Source of the DNA: Promethearchaeota archaeon
GTDB taxonomy: Archaea > Asgardarchaeota > Lokiarchaeia > Sigyniarchaeales > SOKP01
Direction of reading: 5' to 3'
Assembly (NCBI GenBank): GCA_030603385.1
Contig: JAUVXW010000022.1
Location: 1-64,000 of the forward strand
DNA length: 64,000 nt
Below the pieces are notes generated by a model. The model searched no databases, was not told the DNA's origin, and was given only the letters and a program-made list of their open reading frames with translations. The position numbers were made by a program, and so were the translations under genes. Shown here one piece after another: positions 50,475 through 61,054 of the stretch (the stretch's first letter is position 1; the number at the start of each line of letters is the position of its first letter).

Positions 50475-50766
50475 CGACCTCAATTCTATTGCTAAAACCA
50501 AATGCTACGCCTCTCCACACCCTTACTATAAAGCGTAAATACCTATAGTTACCGTTGCTCTATCCCTAGCCTAACGGATTTTCTAATTACGAGCTTATCT
50601 CTTTCCTTCAAAAGAGACCGCTCTGATACCTACCATTATAGGGAGCGCTTCGACGAGAACATAACGCTGGCTAACAATACTCATGAAACCTTGATACGGG
50701 CAATTTCCGCTATGAGGATACTACGGTCCGTCCAGCAATGGGACTTCAGACCACCCCAAAAGGTCC
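50475..50766 (-). ncRNA. ffs: archaeal SRP RNA (7S)
   Basis: GC-richer ~290-nt island. Minus strand gives helix 8 CCGUU-AGG-CUA-GGGA-UAG-AGCA-ACGG (50552-50577), helix 6 UCUCUUUU-GAAG-GAAAGAGA (50598-50617), and 5' GACCU pairing with 3' AGGUC. Confidence 0.9.
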
Positions 50767-50832
50767 ATAATATAAAATGAACTTAATAATAAAAATATAT
50801 TGTAATGATTAGTATTATTGCTGAAACAATTC

Positions 50833-50994
50833 TTATTTCGATGCTGCTTCTTTATTTATTTTTCTCCTTAAAATTGAAATAAATTCTTTTGTATCAGGAA
50901 AAACATATACTAAATCTTCGTCATCTCCATATTCAACTACAATTTCTTTAGAAAATCTCCCATCAACTTTAGCTTTTAAATCGTTTAAAATCAT
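50833..50994 (-). CDS. small hypothetical protein (53 aa)
   Basis: MILNDLKAKVDGRFSKEIVVEYGDDEDLVYVFPDTKEFISILRRKINKEAASK*; below the ORF-track cutoff. Confidence 0.4.
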   Translation of the reverse strand: MILNDLKAKVDGRFSKEIVVEYGDDEDLVYVFPDTKEFISILRRKINKEAASK

Positions 50995-51098
50995 AAATTA
51001 AAGATATGAAAAAAAGTCTCAAAAATACATATAGCATGGTGATAACACCAGAATTATCGAAGTGTAAAAGAAAAATTATTTTAAGAAAAATAACGAAT

Positions 51099-51956
51099 TT
51101 AATTCACAAGAAGCTGATCTAGAAAAGTTTTAATCTGCTCATCAGCGGTTCGGCCATTATTAAAAATATTTCTAAAGTATCCATTCAAATATAGTTTTAT
51201 TTCCAAATTAAGATCTCGTATATCCACGTAATTATATTTGCTTTTCAGCTTCTTGCCGTTGATCAAAGGTTTAATATGTTTTTCAATTAGGTTTAACGTG
51301 AAACCTGTAACAGCTCTATTAACTTTTGCTTTATCACCATCAGATAATTCATAGTCGCTATGGATTGTTTTATCTCTAATCTCATTCAATTCTAATAGTA
51401 TTTCTTCTAAATCTGCTGATAATTCTAATAATTTGATTTTATCTTCTAAATCCTTATTAATTTCTTCAGAAAATTGTGAATTGCAATAATTTTCTAAATT
51501 AGCAAAAAATCGCACTAAGAGTTTGAATGTCTCCTTTATTTCATGCATATTTTCAAAGGCACTTAAATTTAAATTCTTTAATGATGTTTCAATAGTGGAT
51601 TTGACTTTTTCTGCAACATTTTTTAAATATTGCGAATAATCTTCAAACGGGAATCCAAAATAATAATTGTTATATTTTTCTTTAATATCTTTAACTAACG
51701 CTCTCTGTGACTGAATCTTCTCTTTCTTCACAATTTCTTTTACAAACTTTAATACATAATTACAACTGGGGCAATATGTAATCCAAGAGCTCAAAATTAC
51801 TTCCGTTGGTTTTACCCCCCTCGAGCTTATGTACCCATTAAACCCTGATAATTTTTTACCGTCCGAAGTGGAAAAAATTGCTTCTTCTGGATAAAATGTT
51901 CTTGGAATGAATTTTGAATTACACACAGGGCATTTTAGTTTCTCTTTTTGCGTCAT
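51099..51956 (-). CDS. zinc-ribbon protein with C-terminal HEPN-like domain
   Basis: CPVC..CPSC ribbon; helical domain with LNEIRDKTIH (R-x4-H). Confidence 0.6.
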   Translation of the reverse strand: MTQKEKLKCPVCNSKFIPRTFYPEEAIFSTSDGKKLSGFNGYISSRGVKPTEVILSSWITYCPSCNYVLKFVKEIVKKEKIQSQRALVKDIKEKYNNYYFGFPFEDYSQYLKNVAEKVKSTIETSLKNLNLSAFENMHEIKETFKLLVRFFANLENYCNSQFSEEINKDLEDKIKLLELSADLEEILLELNEIRDKTIHSDYELSDGDKAKVNRAVTGFTLNLIEKHIKPLINGKKLKSKYNYVDIRDLNLEIKLYLNGYFRNIFNNGRTADEQIKTFLDQLLVN

Positions 51957-52199
51957 AACTCGATTATCTACGTGTTTTAATTAAGAATAAATTAACTTTA
52001 AAGACTCAATAATATGATATTTCTATTTGTTATATATACGGAAATAATATGTAGAAATTATAATAAAGATACAATTTCTAAAAACTAAATTATTAATTAA
52101 ATAGCATAAGTAATATTTTAATCTCAAAATTTTAATAATATCTTTGTTTAATAAGCAAATACTTATCCAATATTTATTTACAGATTTATAGCGTTTAAA

Positions 52200-53303
52200 A
52201 TGTCAGAAGAAATTACATATGTTGATGCAAAAACCCTTGAAAATTTTATGAGAGATGTTTTCATAGGGCTTGGAGTACCAGAAGAAGATGCAAAGATTAT
52301 TGCTGAAGTTCTCATTACTTCTGATTTAAGGGGAATTGAGTCTCACGGTATTCAAAGATGTAAAATGTATTATGATAGGATTAAAGCTGGTATTTATGAA
52401 GTAAATACAAAAATAGATATCATCAAGGAGGGTCCAACAACGGCGCTTTTGGATGGCAATTGTGGGATGGGGCACGTTATTGCATATAAAGCAATGAAAA
52501 TGACGATTGAAAAAGCAAAGAAATATGGTCTCGGAGCAGTAGCCGTGAAAAATTCAACCCATTTTGGAATTGCTGGATTCTATTCACTCATGGCAATTAA
52601 GGAGGGAATGATTGGGCTAGCTGTGACTAATGCACGACCTTCTATTCCTCCAACATTTGGCGTAGAGCCTATGTTAGGTACTAATCCCTTGACAGTTGGA
52701 GCACCTACAGATGAACAATTCCCATTCCTAATAGATGCGGCAACTTCAATTATTCAGAGAGGAAAAGTTGAAGTGTATGATAGGATTAAAAAAACACTCC
52801 CAAAAAATACTGTTATTGATGAAAATGGTGAATTTATTACAGATGCAACCAAGGTTTTAGAAAAGATGCTCGAAAGAAAAGCAGCATTATTACCATTAGG
52901 TGGAAAAGGAGAAGACACAGCAGGATATAAAGGATATGGATATGCTACTGTTGTTGAATTATTATCTGCTGCTTTGCAAAATGGAATATATTTAAGAGAT
53001 ACCTTAGGTATTGTTGAAAATGGTCAAAAAAGGTTAAAAGTAGGGCATTTCTTTTTGGCAATCAATATTGACAATTTTAATGGGTTGGATTCATTTAAGA
53101 ATGTCGCCGGAAATATTATGAGAGACCTTAGGAAATCACAAAAAGAACCAGGTGAGAAAAGAATATATACTGCGGGAGAAAAGGAATATTATGAAGAAAT
53201 TGAGAAAAAAAAAACAGGGATTCCCCTTAATAAAAGCTTACAAAATGATATTAAAATAATGCAAACTGATCTCAATTTAGATGGTTATAATTTCTCATTC
53301 TAA
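52200..53303 (+). CDS. Ldh_2 family oxidoreductase (malate/L-sulfolactate dehydrogenase-like), copy 1
   Basis: DLRGIESHG, NSTHFG, GTNPL, LLPLGG, YKGYG. Confidence 0.92.
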   Translation: MSEEITYVDAKTLENFMRDVFIGLGVPEEDAKIIAEVLITSDLRGIESHGIQRCKMYYDRIKAGIYEVNTKIDIIKEGPTTALLDGNCGMGHVIAYKAMKMTIEKAKKYGLGAVAVKNSTHFGIAGFYSLMAIKEGMIGLAVTNARPSIPPTFGVEPMLGTNPLTVGAPTDEQFPFLIDAATSIIQRGKVEVYDRIKKTLPKNTVIDENGEFITDATKVLEKMLERKAALLPLGGKGEDTAGYKGYGYATVVELLSAALQNGIYLRDTLGIVENGQKRLKVGHFFLAINIDNFNGLDSFKNVAGNIMRDLRKSQKEPGEKRIYTAGEKEYYEEIEKKKTGIPLNKSLQNDIKIMQTDLNLDGYNFSF

Positions 53304-53470
53304 TTTTTATCATTTTCTATAGAACTATTCTTTATATTAAGAAAACCAGAAAAAATTATTAAAACATGTGAATGAAACACTAACATTCACCTTATATTAA
53401 ATAGGATTTTAATTAAATAGAAAGTTTTATAATTAATCTCTATCACAATTTTTATTTTCTCTTTAATAAA

Positions 53471-54610
53471 ATGGTAGAAAAAGCGGTAGAAGAAACAATC
53501 AGTTCTACATCAGATGGTATTGTGTTCTTGGAACATGATATTCTTAAGAGTTTTATGAAAGATGTTTTTATTGGGCTTAAAGTTCCAAAAGAAGATGCTG
53601 AGATTATTGTTGATGTTCTTATAACGTCAGATTTAAGGGGTATTGATTCGCATGGTATTCAAAGATGTAAAATGTATTATGATCGAATACGAGAAGGGAT
53701 TTACAATCCAAAAACAGAAATCGAAATTGTAAACGATAACATAGCTACTGCTGTTATTGATGGACATTGTGGAATGGGGCATGTAATTGCCTACAAAGCT
53801 ATGAAAATGGCAATTCAGAAAGCCAAGCTTTATGGTCTCGGAGCAGTAGCAGTGCGCAACAGTTCGCACTTTGGAATCGCAGGTTACTACAGTCTTATGG
53901 CGATTAAAGAAGGAATGATTGGATTTGTAACCACTAATACGCGCCCTGCTGTTCCTCCGACCTTTGGGGTTGAGCCAATGCTAGGAACTAATCCATTAAC
54001 CTACGGCGCTCCTACAGATGAGGCGTTTCCATTCCTTATGGATGCAGCAACCTCAATTATACAAAGAGGTAAAGTAGAAATATATAATCGAATTCATAAA
54101 CCACTTCCAAATGGATTAATTATTTCTAATAATGGTAATTCAAAAACAGATCCAAGTATTGTATTAAACAAATTACTTAACCGCTCTGCAGCATTATTAC
54201 CTTTAGGAGGGGAAGGCGAAGCTACTTCAGGGCATAAAGGGTATGGTTATGCTACTTTCTCTGAAATCCTTTCTTCAGCCTTACAGGATGGAATTTACCT
54301 TCGAGACACAGCTGGAGTAACTGAAAACGGTCAAAAAAGGCTAAAAGTAGGACACTTTTTTCTAGCTATTAACGTAAGTAATTTTTTACCCATAGAGAGA
54401 TTTAAGGAAATCGCAGGTAATATTATGAGAGAATTAAGACACTCCAAGTTAGCTCCGGGTAAGAATAAAATATACACGGCTGGAGAAAAGGAGTTTAATG
54501 CTGAGATGGAAAGAAGAGAAACCGGTATTCCAATAAATAAAAGCCTACAAAATGATATTAAAATCATGCAGAGAGAACTTGGATTAGATAAATATGATTT
54601 TTCATTTTAA
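53471..54610 (+). CDS. Ldh_2 family oxidoreductase, copy 2
   Basis: Close tandem paralogue: DLRGIDSHG, NSSHFG, GTNPL, HKGYG. Confidence 0.92.
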   Translation: MVEKAVEETISSTSDGIVFLEHDILKSFMKDVFIGLKVPKEDAEIIVDVLITSDLRGIDSHGIQRCKMYYDRIREGIYNPKTEIEIVNDNIATAVIDGHCGMGHVIAYKAMKMAIQKAKLYGLGAVAVRNSSHFGIAGYYSLMAIKEGMIGFVTTNTRPAVPPTFGVEPMLGTNPLTYGAPTDEAFPFLMDAATSIIQRGKVEIYNRIHKPLPNGLIISNNGNSKTDPSIVLNKLLNRSAALLPLGGEGEATSGHKGYGYATFSEILSSALQDGIYLRDTAGVTENGQKRLKVGHFFLAINVSNFLPIERFKEIAGNIMRELRHSKLAPGKNKIYTAGEKEFNAEMERRETGIPINKSLQNDIKIMQRELGLDKYDFSF

Positions 54611-54625
54611 TTATTTTAAATTACT

Positions 54626-56065
54626 TTAAAAAACAATTCCATCAGTTCGTCCTTCTAATGGTTCTGAATGGAGGATTATTGTATCTAAATTATCAATTCC
54701 TAAATCCTCACGAATATTTCTTTCTAATTCTGAAATATAGTTATGAGTTTCTGAAATATTCAGAGATCCATCAAAAAAAACGTGTACTTCTAAGATACAA
54801 TTATCTAATGTAGCCCAAAATTCTAGTCCATGATATCCCCTTACTTGAGGGTTGCGCTTTAGAGCTTCTTCAACCACCTCATTAATATGTTCTAGCATTT
54901 CGGGTCCAACATCGACACATTTAATTTGGTTTGGAGATAAGGCTTCGCTATACATTAAACTTTCAATATGGGTTATTACTCGAGATAAGTAGGGTGCTTG
55001 TTTTTTTATTTCCCTTTCAAAATCAGTACAAATTTTATGTGCTTCTGAAAGTGAAAGGGTTTCGTTAACTACAACAATTAGTGAAATAAAGTATTCATCC
55101 TCAATTCTAAAAAGATTTAGATCTTTAAAGTTTATTATATTTGGGTATTCTGATTTCATAGAATAAATAAGATTAATTAAACCTTCTCCTAATGATTTTT
55201 CACTAGCTAACGGATTCATTTCTACAATACACTCAACATTATAGAGAGGGAATATTTTTTTACTCATGTTTCTAATCGAGGTTGTTATTTCATTTGCATG
55301 AACAATTGAAATGTGGTCTTCTACGGATAAGTGAACTTCTAAAAATAGAGTCTTACCACTAACTCTCATTTTAATATCATGAACACCTACGACGTGTTCA
55401 AGGGCAAACATTTCCTGTCTTAACTTTTCCACGATAATTGAGCTTATTGGATTTGTATCTATAAGTTCTTTTACCCCTACTTTAGCTAATTTAAACGCTC
55501 CAGTAATAATCCAAACAGAAAGTACAATACTAAGAATAGGGTCGAGAAAAATTATATTAAAAGAAGCGAAAACAAAACTTAATAAGACTATAATAGCTCG
55601 TATGGAATCTTGAAATAAATTAAGACCTTGTATTTCCATCGTAAGACTTTTCTGTTGTTTTCCCTGCGAAATTAATATTCTTGAAAAAATAAAGTTAACT
55701 ATAAAGGAAACAATAAGTATGACTAAACCAAATTCTGGATTTAAGATTTGAAATCTACTTGCTATGCCTACTTGAATAGCATTATATATCAATATAACAT
55801 ATATATTTATTAATATTATTCCTTGGATCAATCCAGAAATGGAATCTATTTTACTATGGCCGTACGTATGTTCGTAATCTGCTGGTTTCTGGCTAGTATG
55901 TAATGAATATAATGTTATAGAGACAAACAAAATATCAGTAAGAGTATCTGCGGTTTCAGATAAGAAACTTAAACTTCCGGTTATCAAAACTCCAAAAAGC
56001 TTTATTGATGACTGGAATAATATTATAATAAGAGTTAATATTCCAAATTTGATTTTGATATCCAT
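54626..56065 (-). CDS. cation diffusion facilitator with three C-terminal ZT dimerisation domains
   Basis: PADYEHTYGHSKID; three repeats of the (E/S)VH..V..lS..aH..(H/E).(E/N)P-type domain. Confidence 0.88.
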   Translation of the reverse strand: MDIKIKFGILTLIIILFQSSIKLFGVLITGSLSFLSETADTLTDILFVSITLYSLHTSQKPADYEHTYGHSKIDSISGLIQGIILINIYVILIYNAIQVGIASRFQILNPEFGLVILIVSFIVNFIFSRILISQGKQQKSLTMEIQGLNLFQDSIRAIIVLLSFVFASFNIIFLDPILSIVLSVWIITGAFKLAKVGVKELIDTNPISSIIVEKLRQEMFALEHVVGVHDIKMRVSGKTLFLEVHLSVEDHISIVHANEITTSIRNMSKKIFPLYNVECIVEMNPLASEKSLGEGLINLIYSMKSEYPNIINFKDLNLFRIEDEYFISLIVVVNETLSLSEAHKICTDFEREIKKQAPYLSRVITHIESLMYSEALSPNQIKCVDVGPEMLEHINEVVEEALKRNPQVRGYHGLEFWATLDNCILEVHVFFDGSLNISETHNYISELERNIREDLGIDNLDTIILHSEPLEGRTDGIVF

Positions 56066-56390
56066 TTTTTAATCGTTTGAAATAAAAATAAAACCATTAA
56101 AGATGTAATAGATGAATTCTAAGATAAATATTTTGTAAATAAAACTTTACTTATTCCCTGCTTCTTAATTATATTCTGAAAAATATGTGTTAAGCAAATT
56201 TTTAAACCATATTTCTTAGATAATCAATTTGAGATTTAAAAAAGAAGTTACCTAGACATTTATGTAATTCTTATTATATTTCTTAAAAAATGGACTACTA
56301 AAATAATAAGTCAGGTTTAATTTTATTAAATACAAAAAAGCTAAAGCTTATAAAACTAGTTTAAAAAAGGTTTAGTAATAATTATACTAT

Positions 56391-57266
56391 TTATTCTAGT
56401 AATTCTCCTTTAGCAACAATATATGCTTTCCCCCCTACAGAGACACTAATCTGACCTTCTTTTTCTTCTGATCTTAACAATAATAAACTCGGTCTCCCAA
56501 TTTCGTAACCTTGTTCTACTCTAATATCAACACTACTTTTACCAAAATATTGATGATGTACCAGATATGAAGCTAAACATCCATTCCCTGAACCAGTTGC
56601 GGGATCCTCGAATCCAGGGACTTCAGTAAAAACACGAACACTCATATGATTTCCTTTTTTGCGAGCTTCAGGACAAAATATCAATATAGATTTAGCATTG
56701 GTATTTTCTACTAAATCAAAAAACTTTTCTCGCTCTACTCGAGCTCTTTTTAAAGCATCTAGAGTCTTCAATGGAACAATGATAAAAGGGAGCCCCGTAG
56801 AAACTTCTTGAATAGGAAACCTAATATCAATATCTTCTTCTCTTAGATATAATGTATTAGTAATTAATTCTGGATCAAAAAATTGTCCAAAAGCAGGAAC
56901 ATTTTGTTCCATCCAAATTTCTTCAGCTTCACCAGATTTATATTTAAATAATATGGGGATTTGGCCAATTTTGAGATTTAGCAGAAGTGTTTTAATATTC
57001 GATTTTATTATTTCTCTTTGAATAACATAAGCTGTCCCTAAAGCTGGGTGTCCAGCAAAGGGTAACTCCATTTCGGGTGTAAAAATACGAACAGTATAAT
57101 TTTCAATTGAAGTAATAAATGTCGTTTCAGAATAATTCATTTCCTTCGCTATTTTTTGCATTTCAGAATCCGTAATTCCATTTTCACATAAAAAGACTGC
57201 AAGTTGATTTCCTTCGAACTTTTTTTCAGCAAAAACATCCACAATATAAAATGTACATTTAGGCAT
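56391..57266 (-). CDS. PhzF family isomerase
   Basis: VDVF..GNQLAV, EMNYSETTF, RIFTP..ELPFAGHP, EDPATGSG, EQG. Confidence 0.93.
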   Translation of the reverse strand: MPKCTFYIVDVFAEKKFEGNQLAVFLCENGITDSEMQKIAKEMNYSETTFITSIENYTVRIFTPEMELPFAGHPALGTAYVIQREIIKSNIKTLLLNLKIGQIPILFKYKSGEAEEIWMEQNVPAFGQFFDPELITNTLYLREEDIDIRFPIQEVSTGLPFIIVPLKTLDALKRARVEREKFFDLVENTNAKSILIFCPEARKKGNHMSVRVFTEVPGFEDPATGSGNGCLASYLVHHQYFGKSSVDIRVEQGYEIGRPSLLLLRSEEKEGQISVSVGGKAYIVAKGELLE

Positions 57267-57361
57267 TTTCTACCCCTCTTATTTGTTAAAGCTTAAGATA
57301 TAAAATTAATAGTAGTAATATGAAAATAAATGTTTTTGATTTTCTTCATTATTTTAAAATT

Positions 57362-57807
57362 TTATTTTGCTAGTGTTATTCCAAACTCTTTACATTTTGG
57401 GAGATCTTCTTCTACGATTGGTCCTTTCATCCCTCCAACTTTAATAGATAATCCAGAACTTGCTTGATTTAAATTTGGCATAACCTCATTGATTTGTTTT
57501 TCCATTTTTTTACTGCTTTTTCATAATCCTTTGACATATATGTATCAAATACAGCAAAAGATTTTCCCTTTAATGAAGCATTGGGAAGACCCTTTATGAA
57601 TTTCTTAACAGATTTCGTATGACGCCCCACATGATTCGGAGAACCAACAAGAATTAAATCGTAAATCTCATCTTTATTCAGATCAATCTCTTTCACATTT
57701 TCAATTGTGACCTCATTTTCTTCAATAGTTTTAAGGCCTTCACCAATCAATTCTGCCACTTTTTTAGTATTTCCGTGTTTTGTATCATATACTATAAGAA
57801 TTTTAAT
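57362..57807 (-). pseudogene. flavodoxin-like protein with one-base frameshift (pseudogene or sequence error)
   Basis: ATT-KILIVYDTKHGNTKKVAE..LVGSP..FAVFDT; adding one A to the run at 57505-57511 continues MEKQ..VGGMKGPI..CKEFG to TAA 57362. Confidence 0.8.
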
Positions 57808-57894
57808 CTTATTTCACTCCTTTATTTCAATTATGTTTTAATTAATTCAGTATAAATTAATTCTTTACATTAGTAATAAAAATTTGGGATATTT

Positions 57895-58030
57895 TTGTAT
57901 TCCGAAATGGGAGTGAGTATGGATCTATGGATGATTGGGTTCTGGGATGCAGGCATTTTAGGTGATGGATGGGTAAATGATATAGATGCGTATAATAATG
58001 GTTATAACACTTCAGCGAGAATGTTTACTA
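57895..58030 (+). pseudogene. internal fragment paralogous to loop 1 of membrane protein 58414..58965
   Basis: MDLWMIGFWDAGILGDGWVNDI vs ADLWLISYWDGGTYLGKGWVDEI. Confidence 0.6.
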
Positions 58031-58413
58031 TTAAGTCTTATTGTATGCTTTATGTCAAGTTGGTATTAGTGAACATTTAGTTTAAAGAAAATACCATTAA
58101 CATCAAAATCCATTTTTGATTTATTATTGATTATTTAATATTAATCATTGATCATGTGCCAAAAAAATATGAAGAGAAAAGAAACATACCCTTTCTAACA
58201 TTTTTAATTAATGTTATCTGATACTACTTCAACATCGAAATCCTTAAAATTGATGTAGCTGCAAATCTACTAGTTTTGTTATAATTATAGAGAAAATAGG
58301 TTTGTAATATTGATAGATCGCTTCGATTACAAATATTTAAATATTTTCAAATCACATCTTTACTTACACAAATTTGTATATAAAAAAAAAGACTTAATGA
58401 GAGTTGATATCCA

Positions 58414-58965
58414 ATGGCTGATTGGAAAGAATATATATGGGTTTTACCTATTATTGGTGGTATCTTCGCAATCATATCGATTATTACTCCTGTGGCTTCC
58501 TTTTCCTTTATGGGGCAGAATGCGGATCTATGGTTGATTTCGTATTGGGATGGAGGTACTTATTTGGGTAAGGGATGGGTAGATGAAATAAGGATTAATT
58601 ATATGGAATATTCATATACAGCTGAAATAACCGCTAGTAAACTTCCTTTTTTATTAGGTTTTTGGGGTGTATTAATTGGTGGTATTATAGCGCTAGGCGT
58701 AGGTGGGCTAGGTTATCGTGGAAATTTTAGAAAAGGCCTTGCTTTGCTTAGTGGGATTTTAATGATTGCTCTTACACTTCTTTTTATATGGTGGGTAGAG
58801 TATGATAATGACCTCTTCTCTTATCCAACATTGACGATTGTTGATCCATATCAAGAGGTAGAATTATTGGGACCTGATATTGGCTTTGGATTAATTGGTC
58901 CTTTTATTGGTGGGGCCTTTTGCCTCGCTGGGGGTTTAATTCCCACTAAGGCTAGAATAGGATAA
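58414..58965 (+). CDS. four-TM membrane protein
   Basis: Four Gly-rich hydrophobic segments with two extracellular-type loops. Confidence 0.8.
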   Translation: MADWKEYIWVLPIIGGIFAIISIITPVASFSFMGQNADLWLISYWDGGTYLGKGWVDEIRINYMEYSYTAEITASKLPFLLGFWGVLIGGIIALGVGGLGYRGNFRKGLALLSGILMIALTLLFIWWVEYDNDLFSYPTLTIVDPYQEVELLGPDIGFGLIGPFIGGAFCLAGGLIPTKARIG

Positions 58966-59002
58966 ATTTTCAAATATTTTTTTTTTAAAATTAATTAAAA
59001 TG

Positions 59003-59026
59003 ATCGTGAAACACCTCTTTCACGAT
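59003..59026. repeat. perfect 9-bp inverted repeat between convergent genes
   Basis: ATCGTGAAA-CACCTC-TTTCACGAT. Confidence 0.6.
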
Positions 59027-59148
59027 TCTTTATATATATAGCAGTAATATGTTTTTGTAATTTTTTAACTTCTGCAATTATACTTTAATATTTTTTTATT
59101 ATTTTATTTATTTCTTTACTTCTCTTATGAAATAGGGCTTTATTTTTT

Positions 59149-60468
59149 TTAATAATAATTTTCCAAATCTTTTAATGGAGATGCATCAAAACCATCTAAT
59201 AGTCCATCATAATCAGTATCAGGATTATTTGGATTAGTTCCACTATTAATTTCTTTAACATCTTTTAATCCATCAGCATCTGTATCTTTTAGCTTTGACA
59301 TATCAAGCATATTTATCTGTTTTCCTCCAAGATTGAAAGAAATAAATGTTATTTTGTCTGGACTGTATTTATATTCTATTAAATGAAATCCCGAGGTTAA
59401 AAGACCATATGACTTCGATATAGAATGAGCTGTAAAATCAGTATTAATTTCAACATCCTTAAGTGTTAAATCATCGTCGTCAATACTTATATCTGATATT
59501 ATCCCACTAAAAACATGTATTGATAAATATTTACTGCCAGTATATCCATCTGGAATATAACAGCGGAAAAGACCTGTTTCATTAATATAATTATCAACAT
59601 TAGTCATTATAGCTCCTTTTTCAAAATATCCCCATACGTTTGGAATTGTAGGATCTAATTCAGAATTAAAATTTTGTTTTTGTACTTCCTCTACATCTGA
59701 AATTAAATCATTATCCCAATCATATGATGAAATTATTTTGTAGTCAATAGTTCCATTCCCTTTAATTTTTATTTGATGTTGATCTGGTTTCATATGTAAA
59801 TCGAATTGTAAATATGTTCCATCATATTTAAAAGCAATTACATAAACAGAATCAATCTCAGGGTATTCTGGCACAGGATATACATCATTTATTACCACAT
59901 CATCTACTTCTAAATATAAACAATTATAAGTAAAATTTGGTTGTAGTAAAATTGATATCAATCCACTTCCATTAAATAATATTTCTTCAGGTGTTACCAT
60001 ATTTACAGTTATTATATCTTCCTTTATATATAATGGTTGAACAGATATCCAATCAAAAATATCATTATCAATATCATCTTGGCTTATGCTAATATTATAT
60101 GAATTAAAATTCTCGCCAAAATCAACAGGTAAAACATTTAATCCATAACTTACATCATATTGAGTGTCATTGAACGTAAAAGTAGTATAATCAGTATTTT
60201 TAATATCTGTTATAATATAACACTCTTCCTTTGCACTAAAATTATAAAGTGTTTGATCGACATCATCCTCATATAGATACTCCGGGAAATCTGGATTATA
60301 CCAACTTCCTTTGAGTTTATCATTATTTCTCCCTGAACCTAACAGATTATCATCTAAAAACGGAGTAAGTCCAGAGAATAAAGTAAGAGTAATAATTAAA
60401 CACGCAATTAGACCATGTCGATATTTTTTTTTTCTTTTTCTTTGTTTAATGCTTAACATTATTTTCAT
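59149..60468 (-). CDS. secreted/surface protein with Ca-binding DxDxDG (TSP3-like) motifs, possibly truncated
   Basis: Basic N-terminus plus hydrophobic signal; DWDNDLISDVEE, DTDADGLKDVKE..NPNNPDTDYDGLLDG. Confidence 0.75.
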   Translation of the reverse strand: MKIMLSIKQRKRKKKYRHGLIACLIITLTLFSGLTPFLDDNLLGSGRNNDKLKGSWYNPDFPEYLYEDDVDQTLYNFSAKEECYIITDIKNTDYTTFTFNDTQYDVSYGLNVLPVDFGENFNSYNISISQDDIDNDIFDWISVQPLYIKEDIITVNMVTPEEILFNGSGLISILLQPNFTYNCLYLEVDDVVINDVYPVPEYPEIDSVYVIAFKYDGTYLQFDLHMKPDQHQIKIKGNGTIDYKIISSYDWDNDLISDVEEVQKQNFNSELDPTIPNVWGYFEKGAIMTNVDNYINETGLFRCYIPDGYTGSKYLSIHVFSGIISDISIDDDDLTLKDVEINTDFTAHSISKSYGLLTSGFHLIEYKYSPDKITFISFNLGGKQINMLDMSKLKDTDADGLKDVKEINSGTNPNNPDTDYDGLLDGFDASPLKDLENYY

Positions 60469-60891
60469 CTTTTAGCTTATTTTTAAGTAAATGTATGTCA
60501 CCCTCTTTTTCATAAAAAGAATAAGTCAAGAAAAATTGGATTACTCTTAATAACTAATTTTTTTTTATATAAAAATCTTATAGTGAAAAAGTTTACTAAT
60601 TTAATGATCCTAAAACTATGTTTATGTTATTTTCCTATTTTTTTGGTCATATCCAACGTTTTTATCACTTTTTTTGAAAAGAAGAGAATTATTAATTGTT
60701 AGATAATCATAAAAAATCAATCGATTATATGAATATGATTTTCATGCATATTTATTGATTGATATATTCGCCATAAGCATGTTTTTAAAGTAAAAAAATA
60801 ATATCTCAATTGAGAATACGGACCTAATATTCCTCCATTTTGTAAGCTATAATTTAGGGCCTTTCTCTTTAATATTTGAAGAGGAATGTTA

Positions 60892-61029
60892 ATGTCAAGA
60901 ACTTATGTAAAAGGAAGAAATAAATACAAAAGACTCGATTGTAAACATGGACATTGTTTTTACTGTGGATGGGATAAAAAAAAATCAATGAAAGGAAAAA
61001 CTGAAAAAAAAAAGAATTTAATTTTATAA
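60892..61029 (+). CDS. small basic Cys/His peptide (45 aa)
   Basis: GAGGA RBS; MSRTYVKGRNKYKRLDCKHGHCFYCGWDKKK.. Confidence 0.5.
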   Translation: MSRTYVKGRNKYKRLDCKHGHCFYCGWDKKKSMKGKTEKKKNLIL

Positions 61030-61054
61030 ATTTATCCATACCTGGGGTTCTTTA

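Noticed and set aside
50461-50770. GC-rich island first considered as a novel ncRNA or IS remnant
   Set aside because: Explained by SRP RNA helices 6 and 8 on the minus strand
53368-53390. Inverted repeat GTGAATG-N9-CATTCAC between the Ldh_2 paralogues
   Set aside because: Single short occurrence, no second copy or cognate regulator seen; insufficient support
155-58537. Numerous 60-160 aa ORFs antisense to or overlapping confident genes (e.g. 155..520, 22565..23035, 30351..30671, 45149..45445, 58310..58537)
   Set aside because: Shadow frames of real genes with no motifs or RBS
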